DNA of 64,000 bases from Mustelus asterias. Lineage: Eukaryota. This document shows positions 47,701 to 59,739 of this stretch, in pieces. Made by a program: the position numbers and the translations under genes. The stretch lies in assembly GCF_964213995.1 (NCBI RefSeq), contig NC_135825.1, positions 12,462,001-12,526,000 on the forward strand, written 5' to 3'. The notes below the pieces were generated by a model. That model was not told where the DNA came from. It ran no database searches and was given only the letters and a program-made list of their open reading frames with translations. Every line of letters starts with the position of its first letter. The stretch's first letter is position 1.

Positions 47701-50700
47701 AAGGGAACTGGAGCTGGAGTTGGAGGAACTTAGGATCATTAGGGATGCAGAGATGGCCATAGACAGAAGCTTCAGGGATACAGTTACTCCGCGGAATGAA
47801 AATAGATGGGTGACGGTGAGAGGGGCTGGGAAGAAGCAGTCGGTGCAGGTATCCCCTGTGGTCGTTCCCCTTAGCAATAAGTATTCCGCTTTGGATACGG
47901 TTGAGGGGGACGACATACCAGTGGTGAGCCGCAGTGAGAGGATCTCCGGCACTGAGTCCGTCCCTGTGGCTCAGGAGGGTAAGGAGGAGAGCGGGAGGGC
48001 AATAGTTATTGGGGACTCGTTAGTTAGAGGGATAGATAGGAGGTTCTGTGGCAGCAAAAGAGACTCGAGGATGGTTTGTTGCCTACCGGATGCCAGGGTC
48101 CGTGACGTCTCGGACCGTGTTTTCCGGATTCTTAAGGGGGAGGGGAAACAGTCACAAGTCGTGGTACACATTGGTACCAACGACATAGGTAAGAGAAGGG
48201 ACGGGGATTTAAAACAGGAATTTCGGGAGCTCGGCTGGAAGCTGAGAGCAAAGACAAAACATGTGGTCATCTCTGGTACGCTACCGGTGCCACGTGATAG
48301 CGAGTTGAGGAACAGGGAGAGAGTGCACTTAAACATGTGGTTGCAGGGATGGTGCAGGAGGGAGGGTTTCAGATACGTGGATAATTGGAACACGTTCTGG
48401 GGAAGGTGGGACCTCTACAAACAGGACGGGGTGCACCTGAACCAGAGGGGCACCAATATCCTGGGAGGGAAATTTGCTACGGCTCTTCAGGGGGATTTAA
48501 ACTAATTTGTCAGGGGAGTGGGAAAAGGAGTTATAGTCCAGAAGTCAGTGTTGAGGGTGGTGAGGTATTGGGGAAGGTATCAAGGTCAAGGGTGGGTACC
48601 GGTAGACAGGAAGATGGGTTGAAGTGTGTCTACTTCAATGCAAGGAGCATCCGGAACAAGGTGGATGAACTTGGGGCGTGGATTGCTACTTGGGACTACG
48701 ATGTTGTGGCCATTACGGAGACGTGGGTAGAACAAGGACAGGAATGGTTGTTGGACGTTCCGGGGTATAGATGTTTCAGTAAGTGTAGGGAAGCTGGTAA
48801 AAGAGGTGGAGGAGTAGCATTGTTAATCAAGGATAGTTTAACGGCTGCGGAAAAGCACTTTGAGGGGGATATGCACACTGAGGTAATATGGGCTGCAGTT
48901 AGAAACAGGAAAGGAGCGGTCACGTTGCTAGGAGTTTACTATAGGCCCCCAAATAGTAATAGAGATGTGGAGGAAGAAATTGCTAAGCAGATTATGGATA
49001 CGTGTGGGGGTCACAGGGTAGTTGTCATGGGGGACTTTAACTTTCCAAATATTGATTGGAACCTTTGTAGGTCAAATAGTTTGGATGGGGCACTTTTTGT
49101 GCAGTGTGTGCAGGAGGGTTTCCTGACACAATATGTGGATAGGCCGACAAGGGGTGAGGCCACATTGGATTTGGTACTGGGAAATGAACCGGGCCAAGTG
49201 TTAGATTTGGTTGTGGGAGAGAACTTTGGAGATAGTGACCACAATTCGGTGTCTTTTGTTATTGCAATGGAGAGGGATAGGGCCGGACGGCAGGGCAAGG
49301 CTTACAATTGGGGGAGAGGTAATTATGATGCGATTAGGCAAGAATTAGGGGGCATAAGATGGGAACAGAAACTGTCAGGGAAAGGCTCTGATGAAAAGTG
49401 GAACTTTTTCAAGGAACAAATACTGGGTGTCCTTGATAGGTATGTCCCTGTCAGGCAGGGAGGAAATGGCTGAGTGAGGGAACCGTGGTTCACAAAAGAG
49501 GTGGAATGTCTTGTGAAAAGGAAGAGGGAAGCTTATGTAGGGATGAGGAAACAAGGTTCAGATGGCTCGACTGAGGGTTACAAGTTAGCAAGGAACGAGC
49601 TGAAAAAGGGGCTGAGGAGAGCTAGGAGGGGACATGAGAAGTCCTTGGCGGGTCGGATCAAGGAAAACCCCAAGGCTTTTTACTCTTATGTGAGGAATAA
49701 AAGAATGACCAGGGTGAGGTTAGGGCCGGTCAAGGACAGTGGTGGGAACTTGTGTATGGAATCAGTAGAGATAGGCGAGGTGATGAATGAATACTTTTCT
49801 TCAGTGTTCACCAAGGAGAGGGGCCATGTTTTTCAGGAAGAGAAGGTGTTACAGGCTAATAGGCTGGAGGAAATAGATGTTCGGAGGGAGGATGTATTGG
49901 CAGTTTTGAATAAACTGAAGGTCGATAAGTCCCCTGGGCCTGATGAAATGTATCCTAGGATTCTTTGGGAGGCGAGGGATGAGATTGCAGAGCCTTTGGC
50001 TTTGATCTTTGGGTCCTCGCTGTCCACGGGGATGGTGCCAGAGGACTGGAGAGTGGCAAATGTTGTTCCTCTGTTTAAGAAAGGGAATAGAAATGACCCT
50101 GGTAATTATAGACCGGTTAGTCTGACTTCGGTGGTTGGTAAATTGATGGAAAAGGTCCTTAGGGATGGGATTTACGACCATTTAGAAAGATGCGGATTAA
50201 TCCGGGATAGTCAGCACGGATTTGTGAAGGGCAAATCGTGCCTCACAAATTTGATAGAATTTTTTGAGGAGGTAACTAGGTGTGTTGATGAAGGTAGGGC
50301 GGTTGATGTCATATACATGGATTTTAGTAAGGCGTTTGATAAGGTCCCCCATGGTCGGCTTATGATGAAAGTAAGGAGGTGTGGGATAGAGGGAAAGTTG
50401 GCCGATTGGATAGGTAACTGGCTGTCTGATCGAAGACAGAGGGTGGTGGTGGATGGAAAATTTTCGGACTGGAGGCAGGTTGCTAGCGGAGTGCCGCAGG
50501 GATCGGTGCTTGGTCCTCTGCTCTTTGTGATTTTTATTAATGACTTAGAGGAGGGGGCTGAAGGGTGGATCAGTAAATTTGCTGATGACACCAAGATTGG
50601 TGGAGTAGTGGATGAGGTGGAGGGGTGTTGTAGGCTGCAAAGAGACATAGATAGGATGCAAAGCTGGGCTGAAAAATGGCAAATGGAGTTTAACCCTGAT

Positions 50701-53700
50701 AAATGTGAGGTGATTCATTTTGGTAGGACTAATTTAAATGTGGATTACAGGGTCAAAGGTAGGGTTCTGAAGACTGTGGAGGAACAGAGAGATCTTGGGG
50801 TCCATATCCACAGATCTCTAAAGGTTGCCACTCAAGTGGATAGAGCTGTGAAGAAGGCATATAGTGTGTTAGCTTTTATTAACAGGGGGTTGGAGTTTAA
50901 GAGCCGTGGGGTTATGCTGCAACTGTACAGGACCTTGGTGAGACCACATTTGGAATATTGCGTGCAGTTCTGGTCACCTCACTATAAGAAGGATGTGGAA
51001 GCGTTGGAAAGAGTGCAGAGGAGATTTACCAGGATGCTGCCTGGTTTGGAGTGTCGGTCTTATGAGGAAAGGTTGAGGGAGCTGGGGCTGTTCTCTCTGG
51101 AGCGGAGGAGATTGAGGGGAGACTTAATAGAGGTTTATAAAATGATGAAGGGGATAGATCGAGTGAACGTTCAAAGACTATTTCCTCGGGTGGATGGAGC
51201 TATTACGAGGGGGCATAACTATAGGGTTCATGGTGGGAGATATAGGAAGGATATCAGAGGTAGGTTCTTCACGCAGAGAGTGGTTGGGGTGTGGAATGGA
51301 CTGCCTGCAGTGATAGTGGAGTCAGACGCTTTAGGAACATTTAAGCGGTTATTGGATAGGCACATGGAGCACACCAGGATGGTAGGGAGTGGGATAGCTT
51401 GATCTTGGTTTCAGATGAAGGTCGGCACAACATCGTGGGCCGAAGGGCCTGTTCTGTGCTGTACTGTTCTATGTTCTATGTTCTATGTTAATTAACAGAA
51501 AAATTATTTTCACAGATACAATATTAACCACTTGTCCAATTTTAATGGCTGCACTAATTCCTCGCCTCATCTTTCCCTGTGAGTTCAATGCAGAGCTGAA
51601 AATCCTTCCCATCAAGGACATCTCTCCAGGAAAGCATCATGGGTGCTGGGATCCAGTGGTGGCAGAGGCCAGCTTCCTGGTGGGAACGTGCTTTTATGAC
51701 TCAGCAAAATAAACAAGAGGATATCTGGACTGAAATCCTCGCTGCACGAGTCTTTAAATGCTTTAATAACAACTCTTTATCCCCAGTGCCCGGAATGGGT
51801 TACAAAACACAGATTATCAATAAAATTTAGGACACTTCCACATCCCCCCTCACTATCAGACAAGAGAACATTAGAGGGAAAAGAATTCTCCCAAATCCGT
51901 TATCCCCACCATGTCCTGAGGTTCCATTTGGGAAGAGGGCTCTCTCGGTTGACTTAATCAGATGATTCTGAATTTTATCCTCATGTCTCGATAGGAGCCG
52001 CAAATAATTGTGAAATTGTAACAACAAAATCACCCACAACTTCAGCCACGTCTTCAGGATCTACACCTGTCAGTGAAAGGTACAGTGTTCTCAATGCTGA
52101 TGTTTCCATTAGCATTGCTTTCCAATCAGAATCAATGATTATCAGTTTTGGCATGAGGCTTTCCAATAATTTACCAGAATGGAAATGTTGGCTGTGTTTA
52201 CATAATGCTATTGTGTTTGCTTCCTAACAAAGTTGCTGTTTCTGTCAGTGGAAATTCTTGACCCCGTTTAGTGGAAAGAGATGAGTATTTTAGTTTGCCA
52301 ACTTTCACATGGTGCAGTTTTCATTATTCATGTTAATCACTTCACCGTGAACCCAATCTCATGGAGTTGTGTTTGTCACACTCCAGCCATACCAGATTTC
52401 CTTAACCCGGTGTGTTCTGGAGTACCGCTGACAGGAACATTGCATTCACTGTCATCTTCTCCTTCTCAGTTGCCCAGTTTAATACATTGTTCCCAAACTG
52501 AGAGGGTTAAAGGCTGTCTGCTTCCAGCTGGTTCCGAAGTTCCTCTTAGGAGTTGCATCAGGGAATTGTGGGATGATGAAAACAGAAAGCGCGGGAAAAA
52601 CTCAACAGGTCCAGCAGCATCTGTGGAGAGAGGAACAGAGTAAACAGTTCGAGTCAAATGCTTTTTCTTCATTCGTTCATGGGATGTGGGCGTCTCTGGC
52701 TATATGCCCATTCCTAATGATCCTTGTTCAGAGAGCATTTAAGAGTCAATGACATTGCTGTGGGCCTGGAGTCACATGTAGGCCCGACCAGGTAGAGAAG
52801 GAAGATTTCCTTCCCTAAAGGACATGAGTGAAGAAGATGGGTTTTTACAACTATCGGTCATGGTCCCGTGGTCAGCGTTAGACTTCTAATTCCAGACTTC
52901 CATTGAATTTAAATTTCACCATCTGCCATGGTGGGATTCGAGCACAAGTCCCCCAAGCATTACACTGAGTCTCTGGATTACTAGTCCAGTGATATTAGCA
53001 CTCCGACACCATCTCCCCATGTGGAATGATGTCATTCTAAATTCCTCACTCACTGAAGGGATCCATCACCATTGCTATATTGCACCAGACAGTGGTGCTA
53101 TTCCACAAATGGCCAATCACTTTAGAGTATTTTCACTTTTAAGATTTCGCTGAGTGTTACAGTTGTATGTTTTGGACATTTTAATGAAACTTACTCAAGT
53201 TGTTCTTTATCTAATGATCATGAAGTGACTAAATTAAACTTTAGTTTATATTTTGCAGAAAAAGTCCTAAGGGACATAACATTGCTACAATATACAATGA
53301 TCACAGTGTAAAGAGGAGATTAATGTTTCAAACACGAAGCTGCCTCATTCCCTTCAAATCATTCTGTATTTCTTCCACTTTGCTCAGTTCCTTCATCTGG
53401 AATGTGATTCGCTGGGGGCTCTTCGCCCTCCTGGTGATTTGTGTTATTTCGGTCACATGGTTCACGAGAAAATCTCGGGTGAGGATTATGGACTTTACAA
53501 CCATCATTCTGAGCACTTTGTACATTCCCCATCAATTATCTCAAAAACATTGATCACAGATATTGTGAAAAGAAACTTGCATTGATGTTAATGTCCGCAG
53601 GATTAGACAAAGCCTTTACAGATTATATAGTTCGGTTTGAAGTGTTGCTGATGTTATGTCGGAAAGATCAAGGGGATTCTTTGTTGTGGATGGTGTCAAC

Positions 53701-56698
53701 ATTCCTGATCCTTGTTGCAGCTGCATCCATCCTGAAGTGATCAGCTGTCTTTGTCCAGGATAACTTCCACTCATAAATGAAAGTTAAACTTCATCACTGA
53801 AGGATTTGATAGTTAAATGCACACAGTCCATTTCATGAATTCAAGGAATCCCAAGTTCTCATTTTCACTCTTCTGCTCATCATTATCACAATGAACTGAC
53901 TGGGTGTGACTAATCCCTACCTGTAAATTCAGCATCTGACCTCACACATATAGTGAGCTGTTTAAAAAGGAATTTTCAAAAAGCAACAAAAGATTCCAAA
54001 GTGTTTTTCTCTCCGGATGCATTTGAAGCGACTGTGCTCCTATTGAGACAACAGAAAGACTGCCAGCCAGCAGAAAGACCAACTTGCATCTGTCTCTCAA
54101 CCACCCGCTACTCCACACCCCCATCCCCAACCCTCCGGAGAGTGGTAAAGGCCCCGGGCGAGATTATCCAGCCCTTCCCATCCACTGGATCCTCCAGTCA
54201 CACGAAAGGACACTCACCATGGCGGGTTGGCTGGTGGCGGGATGGATGAGCCACGTGAAGCAGCGGAGAGACCTGCCCCTGCTGCTGGTAAACACACAAT
54301 GACAGTGAGAGGGAGGTGGATTGAGGGGGGGAGGGGGGAGGAGGGGGGGAGGGCTGAAGTTCCGGCCTCCTCCCCCATCCCTGATTGACTTCTTCGTTAC
54401 TGCTTTCCAAAGGCCATCACAAAATGCAAAGTAGGGGAAATGGAGCAATGACTGCCACAGACACACCCACTTTAAAATACACAATGGGTGAAGTATTTCA
54501 AGGTGAGGCTGCAGCCACTGCAGATAAAGATTGCAAATGCAACAGCTTTGGAAAACTGTGTTTCAGTCGGTTCAAGCAGTCAACATTACCGGAAAACCTA
54601 CCAGCATTTATAATTACAACATCTCCTACATCTGACCGCCTTCAAGAAACCGGCATTTTAAAAAATCTTTTCTTTANNNNNNNNNNNNNNNNNNNNNNNN
54701 NNNNNNNNNNNNNNNNNNNNNNNNNNNNNNNNNNNNNNNNNNNNNNNNNNNNNNNNNNNNNNNNNNNNNNNNNNNNNNNNNNNNNNNNNNNNNNNNNNNN
54801 NNNNNNNNNNNNNNNNNNNNNNNNNNNNNNNNNNNNNNNNNNNNNNNNNNNNNNNNNNNNNNNNNNNNNNNNNNNNNNNNNNNNNNNNNNNNNNNNNNNN
54901 NNNNNNNNNNNNNNNNNNNNNNNNNNNNNNNNNNNNNNNNNNNNGGGCCTCAGCAAATGAACACTGCCTCTGGGCCAAATGCTTGTCACCGCATTTTCAT
55001 TATTTTACTCTTGTGTTTGGAACGGCAACATGTCTTCTATTGCTTTAATTCAAGGAAACCATTTTGATTGGTTCCTTATCGCTCACAGCTTAAATATTAA
55101 AAACATTCTGATTTGGAAAAGATGCAACCTCGCAAAAAGGAAAATTCAAACCAATTGTTGTGACCATCTGAGGAGGTGGAATACAGGGTAGCCTGTTCGT
55201 CCCATCTCACCGAGACATAACGTCATTGAGACAAAAGTTACAGACAATTTGCACACAGCAAATTCTTCATATCAGCAAAGGAGATGATTGTCCAGATAAG
55301 CTGTTTAAGCCAAGACACTGGGCGAAATCATCAGCTCTCCTTCAAATAGAATCATGGCAGTTTTCGGGGCCTCAGCAAAAAGATGTGTCTCTCAGGGAAT
55401 CATTCATCTCACAATGAGTGACAGGGAAAAGGAGTTAGAGTTACAGATAAATTTAATCTTATCTAATTGAATGGTGAGTTGAATGAGGAGTTGAATATTC
55501 CTGTTGCTGGGTTGCTCTGCAATCCATCAATTGTTCCTGTGTAACCCATCCATGTAGAACCCTCCCATCTTACAATGCAAGCTAGAAAACAGTTCCTCCC
55601 AGAACATGGAGGGATAAAATGGGAAAGGCTAAAAAAAAGGCAGCAGAAATGTTTGTTTTTGGACAAGAACAGCAGGGACATAATATGGTGGCATGGTGGC
55701 ACATTGGTTAGCACTGCTGTCTCACAGCACCAAGGACCTGGTTTCAATTCCAGCCTTGGGTCACTGCCTGTATGGAGTTTGCACATTCTCCCTGCTTTTG
55801 AGTAGGTTTCCTCTGGGTGATCCAGTTTCCTTCCACGGTCTAAGGATGAGCGTGTTAGGTTGATTGGCCATGCCAAATTGCACCTTGATATCAGGGGGAT
55901 TAGTAGGGTAAATATGTGTTGTTACAGGGATAGGGCCTGGGTGGGATTGTTATCGGTGCAGGCTTGGTGGTCCAAATGGCCTCCTTCTGCACTGCAGTGA
56001 TTCAATTATGCAGACTGTAGCAAGAGGCGGAGACATTGGCTCAATGGTATTTTCTGGAAACAGCAATTGGACTGCATGAAATATATATAACATAGAAAAA
56101 AAAAGTTTTTTTATCAGTCGTAACTAAGGCTTACATTAACAATGCAATGAAGTCACTGCAAAATTCCCCTCGTTGCCACAATCCGGTGCCTGTTTGGATC
56201 AATGCACCTAACCAGCACGTCTTTCAGAATGTGAGAGGAAACCGGAGCACCCGGAGGAAACCCACGCAGACATGGGGGGAACGTGCAAACTCCACACAGA
56301 CAGTGACCCAAGCCAGGAATCGAGCCCGGGTCTCTGGCGCTGTGAAGCAGCTATGCTAACCACTGTGCTACCGTGTTACCCCAATGACAATCTATTTCTG
56401 CAAACAACTGCCCATAACCCCAACTGCAAGAAACAATTAGTTACTAGTGAAAAAATAATGTTCCTTGTCTCAAAAGGGCCACAACAGACACCTTTTCCCA
56501 GCAGTTACGCAATGCGACCTCAACACAGTTGCAACTCATCACAAGCTTTGTCACAATTTATTGCAATTTCCAGAATTCTGTTCAAATCTGAAATGACAAT
56601 TGATGCATTGTTCTCACTCGCTCAATCAATCTGATGATTTTCTTTTCCAGTCACTCAATGATTCCGATTCTCACTGTTCAAACAAAGTGGGAAAATGA
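41672..56698 (+). CDS. Gene B: paralogous receptor SP-V-C2-stalk-TM(Arg)-tail. join(41672-41708,43692-44006,46283-46606,51995-52079,53388-53478,56651-56698), 299 aa
   Basis: 900 nt open frame if the TM exon uses the AG at 53386-53387. The ancestral acceptor is AC at 53377-53378. The last exon lies beyond an N gap. Confidence 0.7.
42720..43335 (-). mobile_element. Penelope-like retroelement RT fragment
   Basis: FYLLTKTHKQDCPGRP and LFTLDVQPLYTS resemble the PLE motifs Y.LPK.HK...P.RP and .DV.SLYT. Confidence 0.75.
43692..44006 (+). CDS. Gene B exon 2, V-type Ig domain
   Basis: 315 nt, 7 substitutions versus A-V1 by manual comparison. Intact splice sites. Confidence 0.92.
44311..45110 (-). 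mobile_element. Probable 3' LTR of an LTR retrotransposon with polypurine tract
   Basis: TG..CA ends (44311, 45098). Minus-strand PPT taaaaggggagg abuts TGTGAT. Confidence 0.5.
45221..45441 (+). mobile_element. Diverged V-SINE
   Basis: tRNA head plus V core. Confidence 0.75.
46283..46606 (+). CDS. Gene B exon 3, C2 Ig domain
   Basis: tatcccacag acceptor, 324 nt, CAT G|GTAAGT donor. Confidence 0.9.
47064..47407 (+). repeat. Tandem duplication (period about 183 bp) in the CR1 5' UTR
   Basis: ctcattgttccacaggaccaggctgagg...ggagggtttaaaagt occurs at 47064 and 47247. Confidence 0.9.
47579..48505 (+). CDS. CR1 ORF1 (Cys zinc finger, leucine zipper, SGNH esterase)
   Basis: CSSC..CEKC, LELELEEL, GDSLVR, HIGTND, DGVHL motifs. 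Confidence 0.9.
   Translation: MGVKAVQCSSCTMFEVRDDVSVPADYTCEKCIHLQLLQNRVRELELELEELRIIRDAEMAIDRSFRDTVTPRNENRWVTVRGAGKKQSVQVSPVVVPLSNKYSALDTVEGDDIPVVSRSERISGTESVPVAQEGKEESGRAIVIGDSLVRGIDRRFCGSKRDSRMVCCLPDARVRDVSDRVFRILKGEGKQSQVVVHIGTNDIGKRRDGDLKQEFRELGWKLRAKTKHVVISGTLPVPRDSELRNRERVHLNMWLQGWCRREGFRYVDNWNTFWGRWDLYKQDGVHLNQRGTNILGGKFATALQGDLN
48506..51402 (+). pseudogene. CR1 ORF2 (AP endonuclease plus reverse transcriptase) broken by one in-frame TGA at 49471-49473
   Basis: YFNARSI, ITETW, GDFNFP, SDHN in the endonuclease. DFSKAFD, GVPQGSVLGP, FADDTK in the RT. The two track ORFs are contiguous in the same frame. Exact start uncertain. Confidence 0.9.
51995..52079 (+). CDS. Gene B exon 4, stalk (GAANNCEIVTTKSPTTSATSSGSTPVSE)
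   Basis: 85 nt, same boundaries as the gene A stalk. Confidence 0.8.
52662..53018 (-). mobile_element. Second-family SINE, diverged
   Basis: ggagtcacatgtaggcc...gatttccttccctaaaggacat core. Confidence 0.75.
53388..53478 (+). CDS. Gene B exon 5, TM exon (SSFIWNVIRWGLFALLVICVISVTWFTRKSR)
   Basis: Paralog of 30288-30387. Upstream acceptor mutated, next AG 9 nt downstream is in frame. CGG|GTGAGG donor. Confidence 0.7.
54677..54944. other. Assembly gap (268 N) in the last intron of gene B
   Basis: Run of n. Confidence 1.
55688..56381. mobile_element. Two V-SINEs tail to tail (55688-56008 +, 56101-56381 -)
   Basis: Heads, V cores and the two different tail types. Confidence 0.8.
56651..56698 (+). 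CDS. Gene B exon 6, tail SLNDSDSHCSNKVGK*
   Basis: tttcttttccag acceptor. Homologous to 32419-32466. Confidence 0.65.
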   Translation, partial: SLNDSDSHCSNKVGK

Positions 56699-59600
56699 AG
56701 ATTACGGGGTTATGTCCACATTGATGGAATTTTGCATCCTGGTCAAATATTCACGATTCACCCGGCTTTGAACATTTCTTTTAACAAGTCCGCATAAAGT
56801 GCTTGATGTTATTAAATGATTTTGCCCAGTACATTAGTGGAGGAATCAAAAACCTAAAAAATGGCTGGGACTTTCAAGTTGTATTGATCTGTTTGCTGAT
56901 TAAATGTCTACACTTCTTTGTTCATATTCTCCTCTTAATCTGTGTCGATTTAAAGACGAACAAATTCTTTAAGAATTTTTAATTCATTGGAAACCAATCG
57001 CTCCAATGATACGTTCCACATTTACCAGGCTTGGGAGAATGTAACATTATAACAGCAGAATAGGAGATACACTGGTTTAAATACGACAAAACAACTGACT
57101 CCCACCATCTCCCTGCCCAATAGAATCCTCACCCACACTGTGGATACCTCCACACTCGACTGTTCCAATGTCATCCAATGCCTTGCACCTTCCGCCCTGC
57201 ATCAAGTTAAGCCCATCCAAGATATTTCTGCCAGTTTTACTCATTTAAAAATTCGATATAAATGCAAATTATTGCTTCTTTATGCAACCCTACCGTGAGG
57301 GGAAAAACCAAGCCAGACCATTTCAAGATCAAACGGGCCGTGGACTGGCAGGATCTGGTTTTGAAGTGGTCATTGCTGGATTTAAATGGAGGCTGTCAAT
57401 TAACTGGTAATTCTGCTCAACATACTAGAATCCAATAGAGATTCCCAGTTGCTGAGTTGGCAACAATACGTTTCAACTGACTCCACCTGGCACCATAGCA
57501 TCTGTTACCAGTTGTACTCGGATTCAGGGAGGGAGCGATATTTTATTGGGATATTGAGTGTGTAATGGGGTCTGACAGTTTCAGGAGTGAATTTGGCCTC
57601 TCTCCCTCAGACTCTCAGTGTGCAGGTTACAATAGGTCCCCCTCCCTCAGTCTGTCACTAAACCTGACACTCAGAATATTACTGAGAGTACACAGTGTGA
57701 CTGGGGCTTATACAGGAGTTCATGCTTTGATGAGTATCTGTCTGGGGTTGATGTTCTAACATCTCTCTCTCTTGACTGCAGCAACTTCTCCTCTCTCCCC
57801 ACTGACCAACAGCTGAACTCTGAAAAAAATGTTTTCAAGCTTGTTGCACCTCATGGTGGTTTAACCTCGAGAATAATGTGTTGCTGTTCTCAAGGCTGAT
57901 GTGTGACAGAAACGTGTGAATGTACAATAGGTGTTAGGTACTAAATGAAGGGTTGTGTTTGCAATTGGGAGGAGGGGATCTGCATTGTTATTGGGCTTGT
58001 TATAGGCAAACATCATGGTCGCTGATCCATTATTGGGCTCCATGTGATACAGATGGAGAAACAGTGAACAGGTGTACAGGCTTCATAGGAACCACACCAT
58101 GAGTCACTTACCCCAGAGGGAGGAGCTACTGAGCTGGATGAAGTCTTATGAATCATAAACAAAAGGAAAGGCCAAAGCTGAGTGAAAATGGATGGATTGA
58201 TCTCCATCGATTCCCAAAAATCGATTTCCAAAGGCTTGCACATGGCTAAATAACATTCAGAAACAGGGAACAAATCTGTTTGTTTCTCATTGTTTTCTCA
58301 GGTTTCCAAAGGTGAGGACATCATTCTCAGCTCACCTGTGGCTATTTATTCACAAAAACACAATCCCGACATCAATCAAAAAAAGATTTGACTGAATCAG
58401 TGTTCTGATGAGTGATATCTGGATGGAAAACACGGAAGTTTATATTTAGTTCCCTTGGTAGAAATACCTAAGAGCCTCAATCTTTATCAGAAATCAATGT
58501 GGCTCCTAACTGCGCACCACCGCATACTGATGGCAGATTTCCTTCCCTAATGGCCATTTGGCAAGACCATCCTTTTTCTTTCTGAGGATATTCCTACACT
58601 GTGCCTGTACACTCTCGCCTCCAACTGATTTGACCCTGTTTTTCCTTTTCATCGCTGTATCCAGTCCATTTTTGACGCATTGATCTTTGAACTTTGTCAC
58701 ATTTGTCTTTCCAAATTTTAGGATTTTTTACTCCTGCTTTCTCTTTCTCCTTTTACATAATGGTGCCAAATCTAAATGTATTCAGGTCACTATCGCCAAA
58801 ATGGCCCCCACTGCTACTTCATCCACTCGCCAAAATTAATTTCCTGAGACAAAATCTAGATCCCTCCCCCTCTCATTGGGCTTGTTACGTGCTGGCTAAA
58901 AAACCTCGCTTGAATTCAATTCAAGAATGTTGTGCCCCCTGTATTGTTCACATTGTTCAGACCCCAGTTTATACTCGGGGTGATTGAAGCCCCAACTGTT
59001 ACTGCCCTATTGTTTTTGCATTCAGAAATATTCCTAAATATTTCCTAATCTAAGTCCTTTCCACCACTTGGGGGTTTATTCTGGAGGTACATGAAGGGTG
59101 GAATTCACTGAGAGCCCAGGCCACCATCATTACTGTTAATAAACAGGATATTGTGGGGAGTGCACCCTGTGATACTCAGCTGCCCATCAACAGTCTTCAG
59201 CCCCTGCCCACTGAGCACAGTTCCTGGGAAGGTAAAGCCCTGGCTCAGGCTGATCTATATATTGTGGGTGGGTGACTGAATCGCTCCTGAGCAACTGGGA
59301 TGAAAGTGCTCCCAGGCAGGAATCGTGCAGCAGGAGTTTGTCTTGCAATTGTTGGTCTCAGGGGAAGGGACAATTAAAAAGCTGCTCAGTGCGTGCCTAC
59401 GCGGATATGGTTTTGACACAGAACCTGTCACTTTACAGGATGTTGAACTATTTGCTCAGATATTCATCGAGGGTGAATAAACAGTTAAATTAGCAGCTGC
59501 AGCTGTGAATCTACATCACACATTCAGCGCTCTGTGGGAAGGGGCGATGATGAATCTTCTTGTCCTACACTTGCATCATTTTATAAATTTTGTATTCAAG

Positions 59601-59739
59601 CTCAGAAGTTTCCAACCAGGGGGTCCCTGAGAATGTTTCAGGGGGTCCGCTGTTAAAAGGCAGACACAATTCACTTCATTTATCGAATACATGACTGTGT
59701 TGGTGAACAAGTAGAAGCTGATTAAACTGTCACAGTGTC

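Larger units (their letters stand above)
47063..51487 (+). mobile_element. Near full-length CR1-clade LINE (HER1-like) in intron 3 of gene B
   Basis: ORF1 plus EN/RT ORF2, (ttctatg)n tail, ttaatt TSD (47057-47062 and 51488-51493). Absent at the paralogous site near 27610. Confidence 0.95.

Noticed and set aside
54385-54989. ORFs spanning 54385-54989
   Set aside because: Artefacts of translating through the N gap.
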